Shown: piece after piece, positions 39,346-51,154 of the stretch
How the letters are laid out: each line of letters starts with the position of its first letter
How positions within the stretch are numbered: position 1 is the stretch's first letter
Origin: Octopus sinensis
Lineage: Eukaryota
Assembly: GCF_006345805.1 (NCBI RefSeq)
Contig: NC_042997.1
Span: forward strand, 57,536,001 to 57,600,000
Direction: 5' to 3'
DNA: 64,000 bases
Made by a program: the position numbers and the translations under genes
The notes under the pieces: model-generated
What the model saw: the letters and a program-made list of their open reading frames with translations, nothing else
What the model was told of the DNA's origin: nothing
The model's database searches: none

Positions 39346-41704
39346 TCACCCTTATATGAAGTTAATAAGGACTGGCTTTTACACTGACATGAAGTGGATA
39401 GAGAGAGAATATGATGTTGTGATATTCAAGCAACAGCAATATAAGATGTATGACTTGCAAAAAAAGGCAATTCTGTTTTTGGTAGATATTTAACTTCATT
39501 ACTGGAACGACCATGAAATTTAATTTCACATTAATTTCCCCCATGAAATGGAAAAGTTGATGTGTAGGAGAAACTGTTTTTATAGCTGAATCCTATTCCT
39601 AGCACTAACCAATTAGATTTGAAAGAGAGAACAGCTTTCTACTTTGTTCAATCAAGCAAACTGGAGTAAGTAGAGTTAGTTTCTTTACTTGAGATACAAT
39701 ATAATGAGAATAGCAATACCTAAATTTATGATTACATAGTCTACAGTGCAGTAATTTTTATCTTATAACTAGTGTGCATCATATTATAATTTCTTACATA
39801 ATCATGAAATCAGTTTTATAGGGGAAATAGAATAGAAAGGTGAGATTAATGTTCAATTTTTTTTTTAAGATATTGGAGATTTATGTGAAAAAATTCCAAT
39901 TCATGTCAAAGTTATATTAGTGTATGGTCTGTTTTAAATAAAGTAGATATCATAACATATGGCCCAATATTGATTTCAAATTTTGGCACAAGGGCAAAAA
40001 GTTTAGGAGAGGGGTTAAGTTGATTACATTGAATCCTGTGCTCCATTGGTACTTATTTTATTGACTCTGAAAGGATGAAAGACAAAGTTAACCTCAACAG
40101 AATTTGAACTCAGATGGACAAAATGCCACTAAGCATTTTACATATGGCTCAATATTAAGAGAAGAAAAGTAATGAGGAGTTCATTAGGGATCTTTAAAAG
40201 ACACTGAAACATATTTCAGTTACCTTAGGAAAACGAAATAACTAGATTTTGTTTTCTGGAATAGTGGCATAGCAATGTAAGCACCATAAAGATTCTTGTT
40301 CAGCTTGGTACCATTTGCTTTTTATTGCCCTTACTAAGAGATTTTCTTGTTTTTTTTTTGGGGGGGGGGGTGAAGTGGGAGGGTAGGGGGGTTACATATA
40401 ATATCCTCTTCTTTGAAGAGAAAGAGATCCCAACAAAGCACAGTCAAGAATTTAGATTAAACTTTTGCAAACTTGTCTGGTTTGCTGCCCTTGAAGATTA
40501 TTATCATTATTTTTTAACTAAGCACAAGATCAATACTATAGCTAGTTGATATGAATCCAGTGTATCAAATGGTATTAATTTAATCTTAGCAACATAAAAT
40601 AAAGGTAAAAAAAAAGTAAGGTATCAGTGACATGGTGCGTTATCTGCAGGTGAATGCTTCTCTAAGCTACATGTAGGGATTTGAGCTTAATACACAGCTG
40701 GAAGTTTGAATATAATGAAAGAAATCATTATATTCAAACTTCCTAAGGTATCTATTTACAGCCACACATTATTGTTGAGTGTCTTGGCAACAGAAACAAT
40801 AGTGTCAAAGGCTTCCCTTTTTTTAAATAATTTACCACAGCATTAAATGTTTGCCTTTCTTTTATATGGCTACATAAACACAAATTCCCAGATTTCCAGG
40901 GGAGGAAAATGAAGTAAAATGACCAAAACTTGATATTAGCAACAATAAAAGTTATAGATTCTACTTTACAAGGGTTTATTTACTACTGTTCTAAATCATT
41001 TGTCACAATAATAATATTTAACAATGACACAATCTTGCTACTTGACTGGTATTTATTTTATTGGTTCCTAGACAAATGAAAGGTGAAGTTGACCTTGGAA
41101 GGATCTGAACTCAGAACATAATGGGAGATATCTTTTTAGACTAGCACTCTACTCCTCCACCAGCCTAATGATAATAACCCTTATTACAATTATATAAACA
41201 TGCATGAAATGTAGGAAATAGAAAGGTTCACCAGTTGCTATAGCCAAGGCAGTATCAATGGGCATGAACATGCAATAATAACACATATTTGTTCTCTTTT
41301 TGTAAGTTTTTTCCTCCACATACAACACACACACACACAAACACACACACACAAGATATACATGTACATGACCAACACAACACTGTGTTTTGGACTAACG
41401 ACACATCAAGCTATGGAAGCAAGCAAAAGAACATCTATATGCCCTATTTTGAGACACATAAATGTATGTAGGAATATATAATGCTTTTTACTTATATTTT
41501 ATTCATTCAGGAAAATAAATGATTTGGTAAAGAAAGGAAACTGATGATATGGATATACAAACAAAAACAAAAGCATCACGACAAACAAAAGGAGATGCTA
41601 AAGTTGAAAGCACAACATAAAAAACATTATATGAACAGGAAGACTCGGAATATGACGTCACCTGGCCTGACATGAGACCCAATTGCCAGTTGTGTGCTGG
41701 ATTA

Positions 41705-41756
41705 CTAAATAGAAAAGTCCACAGGGAGATTGAGTTTGTCCACCAAATTCTGGAAA
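41705..41756 (-). CDS. RILPL1: RILP-like candidate last coding exon A
   Basis: attttctcag|T TTC CAG...TAG in phase 2 gives IRK-FFQNLVDKLNLPVDFSI*. Possible donor CAG|gtgacg at 41662/41661. Confidence 0.55.
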
Positions 41757-42293
41757 CTGAGAAAATATCCACAGGTCAGATGTCAGATTAAAGGATGTAC
41801 TAGATGATTAAAGCAGGAAAAATATAACATTAAAAACAATAATAATGATTTTGTATGTAGTCACGAGGCCTTGAATTAACAGAAGGAGATGGGAAAAAGT
41901 GATGGTTATGATTTTCTGAAGAACTTTAATAATGTGAATGAAGAAAATCCAACTGGAAACTGAAATGAGATTGCAGACTTGGCTCACTGGACACTTACCA
42001 CCATACAAGAAAATCTGCACCAATAACAGTAATAATTTCTTTTGACTAGATTAAATTAATACCCTCTAGAAGGAATGAAAGGCCAAATTGACTTTGGAAG
42101 AATTTGGTCTCAGATCACCGAGATATTGAGGATACCATAAACTAGCATCCTTTCCATCTCTCTAGTGTCTGGACCAACTCCCTACATTAGAAACAATAAA
42201 AGTAATGACAATAACAACAATAATAATAAACATGGAAATAGTAGAAATAATAGTAAATTAATGGGTAAAGAGTAAAGAAGAAAACAACTTTGA

Positions 42294-42464
42294 CCCTTTA
42301 GCATTTAAACTGGCCAGATCCGGCCTCATACACCTACCCTATAATGTCACTCTAAAAATAAACAGTATTGAAATCTCAAAACTAGAAGAAAATGCATGAT
42401 TAGGTCAAAACAATGTGAATAAATAAGCATTGCATTTGACAGAGTAATTCTGAATGCTAAAGGA
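42294..42464 (+). mobile_element. piggyBac-like MITE family 2, internally deleted copy
   Basis: CCCTTTAGCATT...AATGCTAAAGGA termini flanked by TTGA on both sides. Homologous to the copies at 48266 and 56386. Strand is relative to those copies. Confidence 0.8.
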
Positions 42465-44499
42465 TTGAAATGTAAAAATGGTGAAGAGAAAATAAAATGG
42501 ATGAAAAACCAGACAGCATAAAGAGAAGAAGCAAAAATAAAATTAAACTGAAATTAGAAAATTTAACTGATAAGTGGGAAAAAATTGGAGCAAAAATGGA
42601 TGAGTTTACTTATAGGATTTGATATGTAAAAAGAAACTGATAACACAAAATGAAAAAAAAAAAAAACAAAACCAATTAACTGTAAAGTATGGATTTTGAT
42701 AAATTGAAGTCTCTATATGGACAAGGGAGAGGATAATTCATTACAATATCCGTTTTTTTTCGAATTTCATATTCATTTGTGTACACAAATGAGTAGAATA
42801 GTTTTATGTATAACTTTCAATGTTTGTAGACTACAGATGCAAGTATCTTCATAAAATAACTTTGCTCACCACTAACCAGTCATGTATGAAGTGAAAACTA
42901 TGTCAGATATAGTAATGTGTCTTACTAAGTAACAGAATACAGTAATTGTAGTAGAGGTGAATCAATAACTCAACTTCATCAACTTTCAGTCATTAAATTC
43001 TTATTAAGGTTACTATTTAGCCTTTTCTAAAAAGTGAATTCACTTAAACAAGTTTCGTATAAAGATGTTAAAAAATAGAAATTTATATTTCTTTATATGC
43101 AGCATGTCAAAACAAAAAGAAGTCTGAATCACAATATTTTCTTATAAACAGAGATAGTAATAATTTATCACACAGCAGACTGAATTTTATTTTTGATTTT
43201 GTTAATATCATTGATATTAACGAAACTGAACTTTATTATTTTTTTCGTTCTTGCAAATGCCTTGGTGACCTCAATAGTGCTGGGTATCACAAAAAAACAT
43301 CTTGTACACTTTGTAACGTGGTTAGCATTAGAAAGGGCATCCAGCCATAGAATCCTAGCCAAAACACACAGGAGCTCAATGCAGTCCTCTGTCTCAGCAG
43401 ATCCTATCAAACTGTCCAATTTGTGCCATTATGAACAGAAGACATTAAATAATGACAACAATGATGAATGAGACGGGAGATATAATAAGAGATAATTTCA
43501 ATGTTTTTTAATGATACAACACATAAGATAAAGATTGTGATATTGTGGTGAATATCTGGGATTGAAAATGGCTTCCATGATTTAGTAAACTACATGTGTT
43601 AGGAAATGATTATTAATACTCATTACTTAATAGGAGCGTATGTACAGCTGCATAATGACTGACACAATAACAGTACAGATTGCCATACACAGGAGGAGTA
43701 CATATAGACCTTCTTCATAATAGAAGTACATATTAATAGAGACAGTAGCAGGAAATGTAGCCCAACACAGTTGTGTCATTATTTTTGAAAAACAATCTGG
43801 TGAAATAGTTTTAAATGATATTTAATAATGATTTCTTACATTGGCACAAAAGTAAATTTTTTACAGAAGATAAGTATAATACAATTTTTACAGGAGAGGA
43901 GTATATCAATATTATTGTATTACTGCTACTTTGGAGGTTTCAAATTATAGTATTACTATTATAGTATAGCATTTTTTGATAGTGAGGGTGGTAGCCTAGT
44001 GGTTAGAATGTTCCACTAACAATCATGAGATTGTGGTTTTGATTCCCAGACTGGGTGGTGTGTTGTGTTCTTAAGCTAAACACTTCATTCAATATTGCTC
44101 TGTTATCAGTTTACCTGACAGGAGGCACACTGTGCACATGTGATGTCAATTTGATGGAGGGAGTACGCTAATGTACAGAATATATATTTGATCATTATAA
44201 ACAAATCATCTGTGTAAGTTGTTTAGCAAGAAACTGCAGAAACCTCATCTGTCATCTACAACAGAAGTGTCCACAATAACATTATATAGATTAATAAGAG
44301 TAACAACTAATTATTCTTCATGCAATTAATAGCAGGAAATTCATTCAGATATATTCCTATCTTAAGCATAGTTAATGCTGGTGAAGCATAAACTTGAAAT
44401 GTTGAGGTATGAAACTAAATACTGTATATTTTGTCCAGTATTGTCATTTGTGCTATTTCTCCATCTCCCTCTCTATAGGTCTTCTCGTCATTGTAAGTG

Positions 44500-44866
44500 C
44501 CACAATGATGAGGGTTCCAGTTGTTCTGATCAATGGAACAGCCTACTCGTGAAATTAACATGCAAGTCACTGAGCACTCCACAGACACATGTACCCTTAA
44601 TGTAGTTCTCGGGGAAATTCAGTGTGACACAGTGTGTGACAAGGCTGGCACTTTGAAATACAGGTACAGCAGAAACAGGAAGAAAGAGTGACAGAAAGTT
44701 GTGGTGAAAGAGTACAGCAGGGTTTGCCACCACCCCCTACCGGAGCCTCATGGAGCTTTAGGTGTTTTCACTCAATAAACACTCACAACGCCTGGTTTAG
44801 GAATCAAAACTGCGATCCTACAACCACAAGTCCACTGCTCTAACCACTGGGCCATTGCGCCTCCAC
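44500..44866 (-). mobile_element. Near full-length tRNA-derived SINE
   Basis: Reverse complement begins ggaggcgcaaTGGCCCAGTGGttagagc...GTTTTGATTCC (Pol III A and B boxes). Confidence 0.82.
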
Positions 44867-44989
44867 ATAAGTCTTGTAAATCTAGAGTGTTATGACTAGC
44901 CATGAGAAATTAAAAGTTACATATTGGTATATAAATAAAAACAAATAATAATAATCATTGTCATGGTAATGAAATGTTTACATTTCTAT

Positions 44990-45345
44990 GGGTGCATGAG
45001 TCAGACAGAATTTGTTGAGGCAGATTTTTATATATTGTTAGATGTTTTCCCTGTCACCAACCCTCACCTGTTTCCAAACAAGGTAATATTTCCCCATGGA
45101 AGACTAGAATCAAGTAACACTGCTTGTATGACAGTGATGATTATTTACAATCATCACAACACAAGCGCGCACACACACACACACACACACAGGACTTCTC
45201 TAAGTTTCTGTCTACTAAATCCATTCATAAGGCTTTGGTCAGCTTGGGCCTATAGTTGAAAACACTTGGCCAAGGTGCTATGCAATGGGACTGAACTTAA
45301 GACCATATGGTTAGGAAGCCAGATTATTAACCTCAAAGCCACAAC
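44990..45345 (-). mobile_element. tRNA-derived SINE (family A head with RTE-type tail part)
   Basis: Homologous to 50445-50875 (+), 52440-52830 (-) and 55945-56340 (-). Confidence 0.75.
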
Positions 45346-46344
45346 TGCATGTATAAATAAAACAAATAAATTGAATGAAAAAACCTATCTGTTCAAGAAT
45401 ATCTAAGCATACTTCTTAGATATTGGTAGCAGTTGTTTTTCTGACATCTCTGTTACATATGTAAGTTTCCTAGCTTACAAACATCTGTCTTTTTTCTGCC
45501 ATATGTGTGTGTGCATATGAGTGCATATATGTACATATGGTGTAAAATTGAGAACAAAAGTGTGTCACTGAATGATTTCTAATACATATGCATACGTAAA
45601 TATCTGGGTCTGTACATACACATATATTTATATATGTTGAATATGTGTATGTTTAAAATGATGTACAAATTTTATACACATAAAGAATCTTGCAAACCAA
45701 ATCCAAAAACGAAATATATATATATATATATGCACATATACAGAAACACACATACAAACATGTGCATGTATGCACACACACTCCCAACAAAGCTAAACAC
45801 AAAAAGATTTTGATTACTCAAAGAATTATAATGAACAGCTAATAGCTAAACATAGTGTGACTGAGAAAGCTGTTCACTGAGTTATGAGTATACATCAAAA
45901 TTTACTGTTACATTGTCATAACAGCCTCAATGTGAAACAGATTGAATGCCATTCACTGTGACAACTAAATAGTTCAGTTTGTGAAAGCAAATTGAACTGT
46001 TTAGTTTATAACATATTCATAAGCTTAAAACATACTCCATCTTGCTGTAGAATATTATTATCCAACAACCATTAGTAAGTAGAATGCATTATAGATTTGT
46101 GGTTATAAAACTATTATTATCATTATCATGCACCAGAACTAATTAGGCTTTAAGCATTTAAATTTGTCATATACATTACACATTTTTCACACAATTGAAA
46201 AAATAAGATAGAACTCAATATAAATTCAAAATTAATAAAGATAACCATGTACCTCCTCTACAGGAAGACACTTTTTCTGCTTCTCTGTCTCTCAGTCACA
46301 CTCTAACACAAATTCCCTCCTCAAATGCCCCTGCCCCTTTCAAA

Positions 46345-46670
46345 ATTCCTTGTCTTGCAAGTTACATGGTGACCCTGCCAATGCTGTTGCCACTTAAGAA
46401 GCATTCAGTCCACACTGTAAAGTGGTTGGCATTTGGAAGGGCATCCACTGTAAAAATCATCCCAAAACTAACCTCGCATGTAAAAAGCATTGAGTTCACT
46501 CTGCAGAGTGGCTGGTGTTAGGAAGGGCATCCAGTTGTAAAAACCCTGCCAAAACAGACACAGTAGGCTGGGGTAGTCTTCCACCTGGCCAGCTCCTGTC
46601 AACCATCCACTCTATGCATGCATGGAAGATGGATGTCAAACAGTGATGATGGTGATAATGATGATGATAT
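46345..46670 (+). mobile_element. SINE with internal duplication and (GAT)n tail
   Basis: Two ...gtggttggcatttggaagggcatcc... units, then catgcatggaagatggatgtcaaa and a gat tail. Confidence 0.7.
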
Positions 46671-47478
46671 TAAAATTAGGTGGAATACTCTCTGCCACTA
46701 ACAAATAATCAACTAGAAGAGAACATTCCTTCCAACTTTGTAGTATGCATGGGTTCCTATAAGATTTGAAGTTGTAATGCTATTCAACATGTTACTTGGT
46801 ATAGATAAACAATATATTTTTCTGTGTAATTATAAATGATCTACTGGCACTAAATCCTTGAAACTGAGTGTATGGTAACAATCAAGACAATCAGAGACAA
46901 CATAGTCTTAGCAGCATAAATTAAAAAGAAAGCTAATTGTAGATATGAAGGTGTGTATATTAATTTTTAGAAAACTCAACATTAAACTGATCAACCAGCA
47001 TATGCTTAGATTTTTGTTAACACACACACTTAAATAATTATATATACATACATTTTTACACACAAGGTTTTCAAAAATGGTAGTCAGAGAGAAGCAGAAT
47101 ATCTGAAACTCTAAATACCTTTTGCTCTGATCGAATGTACCCCTCCCCTTCCCCAGTCTCCAGATATAAATATATTGTTATATAGAAGTTAGTTGTAAAA
47201 ATCTCAATGGACAATAAACTAAATTTCAGTGTTAGTCAACAAGAAACATGATAGAGAAATCAAGAGATGATTTCTGCACAAAATGGTTTCCCTTTGTAAA
47301 GAAGATGTCACAAGCTCATTGTCATAACAATCCTCAATGTGAATAAATACCCATATATTTGGTGTAATCTAATTTTAAGGCACAGAGTATCTGTATGAAG
47401 TTAGAATCCATGCAGTTGAGAAAACAAACCATAATACTTTTGGATAAATAAATGAAATCTTTCAAATAAATAACTTAC

Positions 47479-47592
47479 AATTTACGGATCTGACTTTCCT
47501 GTTTATATGGATATAATTTTTCAAATGGCTCCTTATTGATGGGGCCTTGTACAGGAGCGTCTTCATCAGAAGAAGTTTCTGCAGCATCAGTT
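47479..47592 (-). CDS. RILPL1: RILP-like protein penultimate exon
   Basis: tttcag|A...TT|gtaagt, 114 nt, phase 2/2. Encodes TDAAETSSDEDAPVQGPINKEPFEKLYPYKQESQIRK (cf. the C-terminal ESGIKRLF motif of RILPL1, recalled). Confidence 0.88.
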
Positions 47593-48265
47593 CTGAAATG
47601 ATTAAGAAATTATAGGTTCAGTTGAAAGATTAATGAAGACATGAAGATTTCAACAAAATATATCAACAATAAAATATTTTAGATGGAAAGCAAGAAATAT
47701 AAGTATGTTAATATTAAAAAAATAAGTTATCTATAACATTATTGTTTGAAAATAGGTCCATGTTTCTTTTACAGACATTTCACTTTTACAATTCTAACCT
47801 GAACTATATAGAAAGAATTCTTATGAGTAGTGGCTATTATATACTATACAACAGCTATGGCTCTACAATTGTTAACTCATTACATGCTTCTATGTAAAAT
47901 AGTAGTTTGTGAAAGGGTTTAATTTAGTGGTAGCTGCTCCTTTCTAGTCACAATCGATATATATCAGTAAAATACAGTGACAGCTATTAACAGTAATGAT
48001 GATGTCCTTTCTAAGTTTTAGATATGCTGCTGTTATGTTTAACAAACACTACAAAGTTTAAAGATTTTGCTATTTTTGAAGTTTCTTAATCAGAAATACA
48101 AAATTTTAAAAAATTCCTAGCTAAACTTGCCTATATATCTTTTCAAAAACAGCATATCTCATCCTCTCCTCTTCCAAATATAACATATAGCACTTCAATC
48201 TGAGGACCACCTCAATGTGTATCTTTCTAAACATTAATTTCCAAACATTTCAAGATATACATTAA

Positions 48266-48478
48266 CTCTTTAACATTTAAACTGGCCATATCCGGCCAAA
48301 ACAGTCTACCTGCTTTATGTTCAAACTGGCCAGATCTGGCCCCTCACACCAACCCTACAATATCATTCTAACAATTAGCAGGTATCTCACCAAAGTCTTA
48401 AAACTACAAGCTAATACATGATTAATTCAAAACATAAATAAGCATTACGTTTGACAGAATAATTTTAATGCTAAAGGG
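48266..48478 (+). mobile_element. piggyBac-like MITE family 2
   Basis: TTAA|CTCTTTAACATT...AATGCTAAAGGG|TTAA. Confidence 0.85.
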
Positions 48479-48600
48479 TTAATCAGTCTCATTTGTCATT
48501 CCAATACTTCCTATCTGGGAGGATTCTGACTGGCAATGAACAATGTCGTGTGCAACTTATAACCACCACACAGTACAAGTCAACACAAGATCAACCATGT

Positions 48601-48680
48601 CAGGAGTGTCAAACTCATTTGGCTTTGTAGGCTAGATTGAAGCATAAACTAGATCTCATGAGCTGAATAGGGACAGTTAT
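48601..48680. mobile_element. hAT (Charlie-like) terminal fragment
   Basis: CAGGAGTGTCAAACTCATTT resembles the CAGGGGTGTCAAAC hAT terminus. Partner end not found. Confidence 0.4.
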
Positions 48681-49049
48681 TCCTAAAAACTTTATTCATA
48701 ATGAGCTAAAATAAATGGATAAAGGGATCAGAATACATTATGACAGCTTTATTAATGATGAAGAATGGAAAAGAATACGAGGAGTTAGTAAAATTGATGT
48801 GCAGAAATGTTTGAGGAAACTTATCCACGTGAAATATATACAGTCTAATGAAGTAAGAGTCTTTAGAATGAGAACAGAGATAAAAATTGTCCAGATGAAT
48901 GCATACAGGTCTCGAGAAGACTAATGCATGATAGAGAGCTCGTACTACTTCAGCTGCAAAACCTTTCAATATCCTTTATGTCACTACAATTCGTTCATAT
49001 TCAAGGGATATCTTATCTCATCTACACCCACTTATTCTTAGAAGACAAA

Positions 49050-49370
49050 GTCCTCAAGCATGCCCTCCATTTGATCCTCTACAAAGCAACTGCTTCCAAT
49101 TAATCCAGCTGGATCCTCAAATAAGACCAACCAAGCTCATGGATGTTTTTCAACCATCTTCCTCATGGCCCACCACTGAATCACCTGCCAGTTGGTTTTT
49201 GTCAGTAGAACTTGTCCCGCAATTCTTTCCTGAGACATTCTTACCACATGTCTGTAGTATTACAGCTGTGATCTCTTAATTTGGAAAAGTAGTGGCTCTG
49301 CCTGGAGCACTGCTCTAATCTCTGAGCTATGCACTCTATTGAGTAACTTTACTTGATTCTAGTTATACGA
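49050..49370 (-). mobile_element. RTE-like LINE C-terminal remnant
   Basis: Minus-strand HVVRMSQERIAGQVL-like segment typical of RTE ORF ends (GHVxRMxxxR). Degenerate. Confidence 0.5.
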
Positions 49371-49896
49371 ACTTGCAAATAAATAAAACAATGTGATCTA
49401 TTTCCTTTTCATTTTTTTAGTATACACATTCATAAGCATTTTTCTTTGATTGAGATAACAAAGAATTCCTTAAGGTGCACTAATTTGATTGATGTTAAAC
49501 ATGACTCTAGCCAGGCTCCAACATTAAATGCATGTTGGTGATATGTATTTTACAGAATATTTTGAAATGAAAAATAATTTGTTTTGTATAAAATTGAGCA
49601 GGAAGGTTAAGGTTAGGAGCTGGAGTTGGGCTGTGAGCTTTATGCTTGACACTCCTACCCTATATGATCACTAACCTGCAAAAAATAGCAGAGCAGCCAA
49701 CTTTCCTTTGTATGAAATACAATTGTAAGCAGGATGAGTTTGAAAATATACATTGGATGGTTATATCTAGAAAGTTTCTATTGTATAGAACAGAGGCAAA
49801 ATAATAACAAGAGCAATAACAACTTACAACTGAATGAGATTCAAACATATGTAAACTATTAGCATCAATAAAAAAAATTTGAGGAAACAAACTTAC

Positions 49897-49950
49897 AATT
49901 CTTCAGCTAAAGACTGGTTGCCTTCAGAGTTTGGAAGATTATCATCTGGT
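49897..49950 (-). CDS. RILPL1: RILP-like protein small exon
   Basis: attcag|A...TT|gtaagt, 54 nt, phase 2/2. Encodes PDDNLPNSEGNQSLAEE, in frame with both neighbours. Confidence 0.75.
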
Positions 49951-50444
49951 CTGAATAAGAATAAAGAATATTATTTATCATTGTGCTATGAATCAGTATA
50001 TAGAAGGGAAAAGATTCAGCAGCTTGCAGATGACATCACAACACATCATAGCATGTGAAAGGAATCTACATTTCCAAATATATAGTTACATAATATGTTT
50101 ACCATTATTTTCAATTCACTGAAAAGACACCCTATAGGACAAATATAGATGTCAACTGCTGCTTTTCAAACAATCTTAGACTTATTTACAAAAGTAAAAT
50201 TCTATTGTGTGTCCTCTTATAGCAAGCTATGTCTGGATGAAGTAGAAGGATGGTAAGCATATGAAAAACACTCAGGACTAAGATATTTCACAGTGAAATC
50301 TTAGATTCCTTGTATCTTAGTGAGGTAGTAAATAATGACAACTGACTAAACAATTTTTTTGATTTTTGAATTTAAATTATACTTTAACCATAATATCTTC
50401 AGGTGCCATACCTTGAAAAAATCAAAAACAAAACAAAAAACACA

Positions 50445-50875
50445 GGTGATTGTATGATAAGAAGTTTGCTTCCTAAGCACATGGTTTGGACTTAGGTCCC
50501 AACGCATGGAACCTTGGACAAGTGTCTTCTATTACATATAATTCTGGTCAACCAAAGCCTAGCATGTAAACTTGGTATATAGAAAGTGAAAGAAGCCAAT
50601 TGCATATATATATATATATATATATATATGCGTGTGTGTATGTTCCTGTCTCTGCCATGACATTGCATGATAGTAGTAAATGAGTGTCACCATCATGAAG
50701 CAGTGACCTTTGTTTCCAAACAGTCAAAGAAAACATGTCTAGTCATGGAGGAACATTACTTTACTTGGAAACGAGTGAGGGTTGCTGACAGGAAGGGCAT
50801 CCAGTAATAAAAAAAAACTTCTCAACAAATTCTATGGAAAAGTAGATGTTAAAACAATGATGATGATGATGATGA
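50445..50875 (+). mobile_element. tRNA-derived SINE with (GAT)n tail
   Basis: Family A head (aagtgtcttctatta), internal (TA)n, ggaagggcatccag, gatgatgat tail. Confidence 0.75.
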
Positions 50876-51121
50876 CATTCCAGTAATGAGCAATCAGAGA
50901 AGCATGCCAAAGCTGTGTGGCCATGAAAAGCCTGTTGCAGCTTTCAAAAATTATGGAATCATAATAAGATAGAATGACCAGTTATGTGAAGATCAGTTCT
51001 GTAAAAGCTCCAGAGAAATAACATAAAGCTTTTAACTTGAAACTGTGATAGATACACATATCAACTATTGGATGTCTATTTGGATATTGTACATTGTGTA
51101 CACATACACTCATTTTATCTT

Positions 51122-51154
<33 letters not shown>

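Noticed and set aside
41926-41959. Third T-TTC-starting acceptor giving FFQLDFLHSHY*
   Set aside because: The pyrimidine tract is weaker and the site lies only ~200 nt upstream of the better exon A acceptor. TTTC after CAG is common in this T-rich strand.
44780-44866. tRNA-like sequence with A and B boxes
   Set aside because: It continues directly into SINE body sequence and I could not fold a full cloverleaf, so it is a SINE head rather than a tRNA gene.
45398-45424. 10-bp stem hairpin aatatctaag/cttagatatt
   Set aside because: Short and AT-rich, expected by chance in 64 kb of this composition.
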